Assembly: GCA_964576895.1 (NCBI GenBank)
Contig: CAZNXQ010000004.1
Location: 1 to 40,000 of the forward strand
DNA: 40,000 nucleotides
Origin: an uncultured Desulfovibrio sp.
GTDB lineage: Bacteria > Desulfobacterota > Desulfovibrionia > Desulfovibrionales > Desulfovibrionaceae
Direction: 5' to 3'
Shown here: positions 26,814-33,411 of the stretch, in pieces
Numbering within the stretch: position 1 is the first letter of the stretch
Layout of the letters: each line of letters begins with the position of its first letter
Made by a program: the position numbers and the translations under genes
The notes under the pieces: model-generated
Told to the model about the DNA's origin: nothing
What the model saw: only the letters and a program-made list of their open reading frames with translations
Databases searched by the model: none

Positions 26814-27193
26814 CAGTATTCTCCCCTGGTTGCCGGGCTATTTTCCGGAGATTGGCGCGGGTTCCCGAATCTGCGGCAGCCATGACCACAGTGCGGCCCT
26901 CCTTCGCACAACCGATAGTCGCCCCCCTCAATAATCAGCAGTTTTCCATTCACAAGCATGTCGGCCAGTTTCTTCCTGGCGCTGGCATAGGTTGCCTGAA
27001 TGCTGGTGCGGACAACATTCATTTTTTCGGCGCATTCCTGCTGCGTCATATCCTCAAGATCTATGAGGCGGATGGACTCGTATTCATCAACAGTCAGGAT
27101 GACAGGCGTTGCTGCTGAACGGAACCCCAGAGGCGCAAATCGCGTATTCTCCGGGAGGCAGCAGACTTTTCTGCATTTTCTGGGTCGTGGCAT
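26813..27193 (-). CDS. DUF134 (UPF0251) predicted DNA-binding protein
   Basis: [19 protein letters not shown].., [57 protein letters not shown] matches the DUF134 pattern. The start is taken at the second Met (27193; AGGA 6 nt upstream); 27199 is possible. Confidence 0.8.
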   Translation of the reverse strand: MPRPRKCRKVCCLPENTRFAPLGFRSAATPVILTVDEYESIRLIDLEDMTQQECAEKMNVVRTSIQATYASARKKLADMLVNGKLLIIEGGDYRLCEGGPHCGHGCRRFGNPRQSPENSPATRGEY

Positions 27194-27302
27194 TGGCATT
27201 CCTGCAAAAAGCTAAAATGAAACTTTTTTCATAGGCGTTTCTTGCCGACATGGCATGGGGCATAGGAAAATATCGAATCCCATGATGGGAAAGGACAATG
27301 TC

Positions 27303-27335
27303 AGGGCGGTTTACGATTCTCTCGTAAACCGCCCT
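27303..27335 (-). terminator. Perfect 13-bp hairpin just after the DUF5320 stop
   Basis: AGGGCGGTTTACG, loop attctct, CGTAAACCGCCCT. The downstream sequence on the minus strand is only weakly U-rich, so it could be a terminator or a processing/stability element. Confidence 0.4.
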
Positions 27336-27340
27336 TGAGA

Positions 27341-27568
27341 CTACCGTGAAGAAAGCAGTTCATTTATCCGCGAAAGTTCCCCTTCAAGGGCTTTTTTCCT
27401 TTGGATCAGCCGTTCGGTTCCATCTTCGCGGGAGAATTGTTTTCCATAATTCATGCAGCAAGGCCCCTGGCCGTTTTGAGCGCCGAAGCCCGACTGGGCG
27501 CCCATATGCCGGAACCGTCTGCAATGTTGCCTTGCCCCACGCGCTCCTGCTCCATTTTGTCCTGGCAT
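27341..27568 (-). CDS. DUF5320-family small protein (Gly-rich N-terminus, C-terminal coiled coil)
   Basis: MPGQNGAGARGA..C.. followed by ..LIQRKKALEGELSRINELL resembles the DUF5320 layout that often accompanies DUF134 genes in anaerobes (from memory). AAGGAG lies 6 nt before the ATG at 27568. Confidence 0.65.
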   Translation of the reverse strand: MPGQNGAGARGARQHCRRFRHMGAQSGFGAQNGQGPCCMNYGKQFSREDGTERLIQRKKALEGELSRINELLSSR

Positions 27569-27581
27569 GGCGTACTCCTTT

Positions 27582-27638
27582 GTTATTGACATATGCCGTT
27601 AACTTTTTGTGGCAAACTTTATGACATATGTCAATAAC
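27582..27638. promoter_or_regulatory. 14-bp perfect inverted repeat pair upstream of the DUF5320/DUF134 genes (candidate operator)
   Basis: GTTATTGACATATG (27582-27595) and CATATGTCAATAAC (27625-27638) are separated by 29 nt. The pair starts 14 nt upstream of the DUF5320 ATG, and each half contains a TTGACA-like hexamer. Confidence 0.4.
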
Positions 27639-27644
27639 TATGCG

Positions 27645-27689
27645 ATAAAAATTCAAATGCCTCCCCCGGTATCCGGGAGAGGCATTTTT
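27645..27689 (-). terminator. Bidirectional-looking intrinsic terminator after the multiheme cytochrome gene
   Basis: GCCTCCCCCGG-tat-CCGGGAGAGGC (27659-27683). The minus strand continues ATTTGAATTTTTAT and the plus strand continues ATTTTT. It lies 26 nt after the cytochrome stop. Confidence 0.6.
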
Positions 27690-27708
27690 CTCAATTCAAG
27701 TCAGTGTG

Positions 27709-30180
27709 TTAGCAATCTTTCCTGGCACGACGGCGTCGAATGATCCAGATCAGCACGGGCAACGCCAGCACCGCAGCCACGATACCCAAGACCTTGACCC
27801 AGGCAATGCTGATGTTGTTCTCGCGCAATAAGCCCGCGTGCGCCTGTGGCGACGCGAAATCCAGGTCAAGGACTTCCGCCATTTTGCCCAGCATGGCGAT
27901 GGGAATGGCCCCCTGAGGGATGTCCTGATGGCAGGCAAGGCAGGTGTCACTGCGTTCCAGCGCATTGCGCTGTTCAGGCGTCAACGGCATGGAGTCGGGC
28001 CAGTGCGTATCCACGGTCTGCACCTGTGTTCCATCCGTGCGCAACACCTGCATGAAGTCGCCGTGCAAGCCCCGGATAGCCTGAATCTGGGGCTGGGTGA
28101 AGCGGCTCACGTTGCGACCGTCGGGGGTACGCACGTCTGCATAGCGAACCTTTTCGGGATGCAGGCCATACCGACCGCCATCGATCCCGTAGCCCATAGC
28201 CGCCGCATTGCCGTGGCAGTCCGCGCAGTTGCGGCTTTCACGCGAGGAAGTATGCGGGTTGAGCGGGGCCAACTCCATAGCGTTATAGCCCTTTTCGGTT
28301 TTAGCCACCTTATTCCAGGCAAGGGTCTTGCCGTCCGGACCGATGACCGTGCCCACGGTCTGGATGACGCCCACCAGCGGGGTGACACGCCCTTCGCCGT
28401 TGATGCCCAGCGGCGGGTTTTCCCAGCGTACATGACTGTAGTCCCAGGAAGTCGGCGCGCCGGGCTGATCGCTCATCTGTCCCTTGCGATCCGCCGGGCT
28501 GCCGTCAGGCAGACTCCGCTCCGCCGTCTTCAGCCAGTCTGTGGAACGCTGCCTGTAGTCCAGAGCATACTGATAGCCATAATACTGAGCTGCCCAAGTG
28601 GAGTGGCAGGCATAGCATTCCAGCTTTTCCATATGGCGGCCCACACCAACCATAGCTGTGGTGGCCAGGGCGGGATTGGCCCACTTGTTGGCCTGGCGCA
28701 GCCCCTTGAGGGGAATCAGCTCAAAATCATGACCATTGGCCGAATGCACGATGACCTTGTCCCCCCGGCGCACCACATTGCCAAAGGGATTGCCGCGTGC
28801 GGAAAGCAGGTAGCCATCCTCAGCATCGGAGGTATGGGCAAAGTCCTTTGTGACCTTCATGGCTTCCCGGCTCACACCGCGCGGCTTGTTCCAGTCCACA
28901 GGCTTGCCGAATTCATCGCCATAGCCAAGTGGCAGCTCCCAGGGATACTTGTCTGGCGTTCCATGACAGTCCGCGCATTCCACTTCGATGGTGGCCAGGG
29001 TGGTCGCGCCGATATTGCCATTACCATGCATGGACGTGCTCAGATGACAATCCTGGCACAACAGGCCTGCTTCCGTGCCGTTAACATCCTTGAGAGCGAA
29101 ATGGGCATCCTCACGGATATACTTGAACACATAGCCGCCATTGGCCTTTTGGGGTTCCCCCTGAGCATCAAAGGGACCTCGATGGTCACCATGACCGAAG
29201 GCCATAAGGCCCTGATAGGCGTGGCCGATACGCCTGCCAGCCGCATGGCAGGCCGCGCAGGTATTGACCTGGATTCCCGAGAACGACGCCCCGTTCACCG
29301 TTGTTACGGAATGGCGTGTTCCCTGCATGGCGTGGGTCATCAGATGGCCGGGCTGATCCTTGGGCAGCGCCTTGTCGCCGCCTTCGTAATACCCTTCGTT
29401 GCTGTACAGCGTATGGCAGGCGGCGCAGCCCACACCCCGGAAATGTCCCCTGTCCTGATAGCCCTTGCCGCTCAGATGACAGGCATTGCAGTTGCGCAGA
29501 TAGGTGAACGCGGCCTGTTCCGGCTGTTCGGCCAGCTTCGCCATGTCCACTTCAGGGATCTGTTGCAATTTTTCCGGGAACTGTCCGGGAAAACGCCCGG
29601 CCAGATCCTTCATGTAGGCCCTGTACGCCTCCGTTCCAAGGCGCGGCGTCATACCGTCCGGGTCATCAAGATCGTGGTCGCCGTAAATGTGGTCATGGTT
29701 CCGGGTTCCGATGCCCCAGCTCCAGGTGATGGCCTTCATTTTACCCGCATCCGTGTTCATGTGCGAACGTCTGACCGCATAGACATGATCCGCGTGACAC
29801 TGACCGCAGGTCGCGTCATTGAGTTGCAAAGCGCCGGGTGTGGCTGTGAAGGTCGTCAGCCGACTCCCCGCCGGGGCCAGGCTGTGTGCGATGTCCTTGT
29901 TCTGCACTTCCGCAGGCGTTCCGGCATGGCAGACAACACAGCCGTTGGGGTCGCCCAGCTCCCTGCCTTTAGCGAAAATGGCCTGCATCATGCCGGATTC
30001 CGGCGGGCGGGGCGGCTCAATTCCCTGATGACAGGCAAGACAATACTGATTTTCAGCGGGAAAAATTTTTGCGGCTCCGGTTGTTGCCGCTGTTGCCGCT
30101 CCAGCGGTATCCGCAGAGCCCGGATTCATAGCGAACATCAGGGAGACACATAAAAACAGCAGAGGCAATGGCGATTGCAT
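27709..30180 (-). CDS. Undecaheme c-type cytochrome, periplasmic with C-terminal membrane anchor (823 aa)
   Basis: There are eleven CxxCH motifs, with first Cys at residues 47, 81, 125, 231, 252, 308, 375, 402, 522, 652 and 747. An N-terminal signal peptide (..LFLCVSLMFAMNPGSA) and a C-terminal hydrophobic helix plus a basic stop-transfer (IAWVKVLGIVAAVLALPVLIWIIRRRRARK) are present. A strong AAGGAGG precedes the ATG at 30180. Confidence 0.9.
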   Translation of the reverse strand: MQSPLPLLFLCVSLMFAMNPGSADTAGAATAATTGAAKIFPAENQYCLACHQGIEPPRPPESGMMQAIFAKGRELGDPNGCVVCHAGTPAEVQNKDIAHSLAPAGSRLTTFTATPGALQLNDATCGQCHADHVYAVRRSHMNTDAGKMKAITWSWGIGTRNHDHIYGDHDLDDPDGMTPRLGTEAYRAYMKDLAGRFPGQFPEKLQQIPEVDMAKLAEQPEQAAFTYLRNCNACHLSGKGYQDRGHFRGVGCAACHTLYSNEGYYEGGDKALPKDQPGHLMTHAMQGTRHSVTTVNGASFSGIQVNTCAACHAAGRRIGHAYQGLMAFGHGDHRGPFDAQGEPQKANGGYVFKYIREDAHFALKDVNGTEAGLLCQDCHLSTSMHGNGNIGATTLATIEVECADCHGTPDKYPWELPLGYGDEFGKPVDWNKPRGVSREAMKVTKDFAHTSDAEDGYLLSARGNPFGNVVRRGDKVIVHSANGHDFELIPLKGLRQANKWANPALATTAMVGVGRHMEKLECYACHSTWAAQYYGYQYALDYRQRSTDWLKTAERSLPDGSPADRKGQMSDQPGAPTSWDYSHVRWENPPLGINGEGRVTPLVGVIQTVGTVIGPDGKTLAWNKVAKTEKGYNAMELAPLNPHTSSRESRNCADCHGNAAAMGYGIDGGRYGLHPEKVRYADVRTPDGRNVSRFTQPQIQAIRGLHGDFMQVLRTDGTQVQTVDTHWPDSMPLTPEQRNALERSDTCLACHQDIPQGAIPIAMLGKMAEVLDLDFASPQAHAGLLRENNISIAWVKVLGIVAAVLALPVLIWIIRRRRARKDC

Positions 30181-30250
30181 GAGACCTCCTTATACCACTA
30201 TATCATTATCTGGACTTACTATACCAGCAAAAAAGTGTCCAGAGGAGGTT

Positions 30251-30350
30251 CCATCAACTCAGGGGAATTTTATGGAACTGCATCATAAAAAATATATAAT
30301 TATTCCAACATATTATTTATCAGCGCAATCACTGTGACCATCAACTCAGG
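30251..30350. repeat. 13-bp direct repeat CCATCAACTCAGG x2 (30251-30263, 30338-30350)
   Basis: The two copies are exact and 87 bp apart. They bracket the AT-rich region between the mobC stop and the cytochrome RBS, and the second copy overlaps the mobC stop codon. Confidence 0.7.
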
Positions 30351-30699
30351 ATACATGCCCGACCTTCAGTCCATTTTCCGCTGAAGCACAGGATGCGAAC
30401 TCGGCAATACGCCGCTCGATGCCCGCCAGCGCCGCCAATACCTCCACGGCTTCCGCCGCCCGTTTGCAGGTATTGGCCCATCTCGCAAGCTGATTGATGT
30501 TCGCGCCGATGCGGGCCAGCTCTCGCAGCCACCGTTTCTCTTCCGGCGTTTTTCGCAGGCGGATGCCAAGGCAGGTCGGGCGGACATACTCCGACATACT
30601 CATGCCGTGCAGCCCGGCGTTGAAGCGGAGGATGTCGCGCTCCTCCGGGAACACGCGCACGATGACGGCGGCGGTGCGGACGGGCTTGACGCGCTTCAC
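30346..30699 (-). CDS. mobC: MobC-family relaxosome accessory protein (orphan; no relaxase follows)
   Basis: ..AAVIVRVFPEERDILRFNAGLHGMSMSEYVR.. and the family motif L.ELARIGANINQLARWAN. GTG start at 30699. Confidence 0.75.
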   Translation of the reverse strand: MKRVKPVRTAAVIVRVFPEERDILRFNAGLHGMSMSEYVRPTCLGIRLRKTPEEKRWLRELARIGANINQLARWANTCKRAAEAVEVLAALAGIERRIAEFASCASAENGLKVGHVS

Positions 30700-31609
30700 C
30701 GCTTTCCCTGCCTTTGGGCTTTCCGGGGTTCAAAGGGGCAGCGCCCCTTGCCAGCCGTGAGTCCATACGCGCAGCGTATAGACGAAACGTAGGCTGGCCC
30801 TCGGAGACAATGCCGGACGAATGAACAGGCATCCGCGCAAAAACGGGGACGCATGATGCGGGCACCAAGAATATGGCGGGTGCGTATCAGACGTGGAGCG
30901 GAGTTGTATCCGGCGTGTCGCTGGTGGGTATGACGGCGGCATCCAGTAAGCATTCGGCTTGCAGGAAAATGGTATGTGAGGAACGCCTGAACACTATGCG
31001 GAAGCCGTGCAGTCAGTATCTGACACAAGACAAGGTCAGCATGATGCGCATGACGGAGCGGGCATCTGAAGCAGGGCGGGAGGCAACGCTATATGTATCG
31101 GGAAAACTCTGTGGAGCATACGCCGGGACAGATTTGCATGTATCGTTTCCGCCGCGTGTCAATATGCGGGAAAACCGTGAACGGCGAGAAACGCTTTTTT
31201 TATGTCTTTGTGCTTCTGGTCTGCGAACTTCCTTTGACCGAGCCCCCGCCGGAGGCTTCCTCGTCCGTCGCCCGCGAGTGTATGAGGCCGGAAGCCAGGG
31301 CATGAACGTCAAGGCCCGCGAAGCGGCCCAACAGGGCTTGGCCTTGACGGAATGCCCGCTTCCGGCATCCATGCGGGAGTGACGGACGAAGAGCCGGGAT
31401 TTCCCATTTCCCGGCAAGGATACATGAGAAATGTATGGCAAATGAAAATGCCGGGAGGCTTTCACCTGCCCGGCATGTGGAGACTGACCATTGAAGGCTG
31501 ATACAGTCCTCTACAAGCCAGAAAGAATGTTGGTACTATAGTTGGTATAAATATTTCATAAAAATATTTTCATAATATATTTCATTATATTATAAAAATA
31601 ACACAACTC

Positions 31610-31750
31610 GCGATTGAAAATATCCATTTTCAATCGCGGCGTCGCCTGCCATTTCGCGTCCAGAACGCGGTCTGGACGCTTATTCGGCGCGGGCGTCTGC
31701 TCACGCAGCCGCCAGCGCGTTTACGCAATTTCATTGCGAAAACGCGCTGG
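31610..31750 (+). repeat. Right part of structured repeat copy A (attR core GCGATTGAA at 31610-31618, hairpins, conserved 65-nt core)
   Basis: Hairpin 1: CGCGATTGAAAAT-atcc-ATTTTCAATCGCG (31609-31638). Hairpin 2: GCGTCCAGA-acgcgg-TCTGGACGC (31655-31678). The terminal hairpin is CCAGCGCGTTT-A-CGCAAT-ttc-ATTGCG-A-AAACGCGCTGG (31712-31750). By hand alignment, roughly 85-90% identical to 36873-36938. Confidence 0.7.
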
Positions 31751-32561
31751 CGCGCGACAGTCCGGGGCTGGTGCCGAAGATGACGAGTTCCATCCAGTCC
31801 AGGGCAAAATCCAGCGCGGCCGCATCGCCCTCCGCGCTGTCTTCCATGATGCGCGCCTGGAGGTCGGGGGCCACCGTCACCCGCGAAAAGATGCGCATGG
31901 CGCTGATGAGCTCGCGGAATTTGTCCAGCTGGTACAGGCAGAGCACGGCCATGGTGGCCAGCCGGGGTTCCAGCGGTTTTTCCGTGGCGCGCACCATGGC
32001 CATGAGGCGCATGTAGCGGTCATTGAAGCGCGAGTACGGCTCCATGCCCTGGTCGGCAAACCATTGGGCGGGCGTGCGCGCCGTGCCCTGGTCAAAGCCG
32101 CGGCAATGCTCCTCCCGCACCAGGAAGAAGCGTTCGGCCACCCCCTCCATGCCCATCCGGGTGCCGCGGCCCAGGGGATAGCAGCGGCAGGCGCCGGGGC
32201 GGTCGTCATAGACCGAGCAGCCGGCCGGGGTCACGAAGGGGCAGGGGGCGTCCGGGCTTTCGAGCATCCGCAGGAGTGGCAGGGGAAAGCCCGTGTCCGG
32301 GAAGGAACGCAGGGTGGTGAAGGTGTGCAGGAAATCGTCACCGGCCATGCCGAGCTGGCGGCGCAGCCGCAGGACGTCATAGGGCGTGAGCGGCAGGGTC
32401 AGCTCCGCGCAGCAGCGGTTGAAGCAGGGCATGTGCGGCCCGCAGTCGAACACGAAGGTTTCGTCCGGCCCGATTTCGGGCAGGCTTTCCAGGAGCTCGC
32501 GGCTCTTGTCGTTGCCGGAATGTTCCGCGTCGGAGGGGGCGGGGGTGGGGGTGCCGTCCAT
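31731..32561 (-). CDS. YkgJ-family (UPF0153, CxxCxxCC) cysteine-cluster protein
   Basis: FDCGPHMPCFNRCCAEL and CPFV..GCSVYDDRPGACRCYP motifs. ATG at 32561 (MDGTPTP..). The last ~7 codons and the stop lie inside the repeat hairpin. Confidence 0.75.
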   Translation of the reverse strand: MDGTPTPAPSDAEHSGNDKSRELLESLPEIGPDETFVFDCGPHMPCFNRCCAELTLPLTPYDVLRLRRQLGMAGDDFLHTFTTLRSFPDTGFPLPLLRMLESPDAPCPFVTPAGCSVYDDRPGACRCYPLGRGTRMGMEGVAERFFLVREEHCRGFDQGTARTPAQWFADQGMEPYSRFNDRYMRLMAMVRATEKPLEPRLATMAVLCLYQLDKFRELISAMRIFSRVTVAPDLQARIMEDSAEGDAAALDFALDWMELVIFGTSPGLSRASAFSQ

Positions 32562-32586
32562 GGATGCTCCCGTGGGCCGCCTGGGG

Positions 32587-33411
32587 TCAGAACGCAAGCC
32601 GGCGGCGTTCGCGGTTGATGAAGATGACCGAGTCCGTGAAGCCGAAGGAGCGGGCGTAGTCGCCCAGCCGGTCGAACTGGCGGCCCACATCCTCCGGGGC
32701 ATGCGCGTCCGAGCCGAAGCAGATGTCCACGCCCGCTTCCCGCGCAAGGCGCATGACGGGCGGCGCCGGATACGGTTCCGCAAAGCCCTGGCGCAGCCCG
32801 GCGGCGGAAACCTCCATGGCCGTGCCGCTGGCGGCCAGCGCCTCCAGCGCCGTCATGAGGGGCGCGCGGCTTTCCGGACCTTCCAGCCAGGCGTGAAAAT
32901 CGTCCCAGGCGCGCAGCTTGATGAAATCCGGATGCGAGGCCACCTGGACAAGACCGCTGCGCGCCATGGAGGCCATTTCGTAAAAATAGGCGGCAAAGCG
33001 GGCGCGGCGTTCCGCCGTGCTGACGCGGGCGTCCCAGCTGGCGGGGGCGCCCACGGACATTCCGTCCAGATAGTGGAGCGAACCCAGCACATAATCAAAG
33101 GGCCACGCCGCCACAAGCTCGCGCATATATGCCAGCCGCGAGGGCAGCCAGTCCAGTTCCAGGCCGAGGAGAACGCGCGGGCCGTCCGGGGGCGCCGTTT
33201 CCCTGAGCCGCAGCACTTCAGCCGCATAGCGGGGAAAGTCGCGCGCAAGGTCGCCCGTGTAGAGCGCGCAGTGGAAGCCCTCCGGCAGGGGCGAATGCTC
33301 GGAAAGGCCGAACCACGCGAGCCCGGCGGCGCGGGCGGCGGCCACCATGCCCCCGGCGCTCGCCGTGCCGTGCGAGGCCAGGGTGTGGTTGTGCAGGTCG
33401 GCGCAGATCAT
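32587..33411 (-). CDS. PHP-family phosphoesterase (histidinol-phosphatase HisJ/HisK-like)
   Basis: MICADLHNHTLASHG.., SEHSP, GLELDW and GSDAH are metal-binding His/Asp motifs of the PHP family. ATGA overlap with the ribF stop. Confidence 0.75.
   Translation of the reverse strand: MICADLHNHTLASHGTASAGGMVAAARAAGLAWFGLSEHSPLPEGFHCALYTGDLARDFPRYAAEVLRLRETAPPDGPRVLLGLELDWLPSRLAYMRELVAAWPFDYVLGSLHYLDGMSVGAPASWDARVSTAERRARFAAYFYEMASMARSGLVQVASHPDFIKLRAWDDFHAWLEGPESRAPLMTALEALAASGTAMEVSAAGLRQGFAEPYPAPPVMRLAREAGVDICFGSDAHAPEDVGRQFDRLGDYARSFGFTDSVIFINRERRRLAF

Larger units (their letters stand above)
22302..31618 (+). mobile_element. ~9.3-kb integrative (formerly mobilizable) genomic island
   Basis: The evidence is a sharp by-eye G+C drop at both edges, a P4-type integrase 340 bp inside the left edge, an AlpA-like remnant, an orphan mobC, 9-bp direct repeats at both ends, TGGTA-type repeats inside both ends, and an AT-rich tract at the right end. 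Confidence 0.65.

Noticed and set aside
27838-30153. A 771-aa plus-strand ORF opposite the multiheme cytochrome gene.
   Set aside because: The opposite strand encodes eleven CxxCH motifs, a signal peptide and a strong SD. This ORF's product is low-complexity (Arg/Gly/Ala/His-rich) with no motifs.
30341-31465. ORFs 30341-30868(-), 30366-30587(-), 30696-31028(-), 30873-31382(+) and 31013-31465(-) around mobC.
   Set aside because: The first two overlap the well-supported mobC frame. The others overlap each other, are Arg/Ser/Cys-rich and lack ribosome-binding sites. They are more likely non-coding oriT/att-arm DNA.
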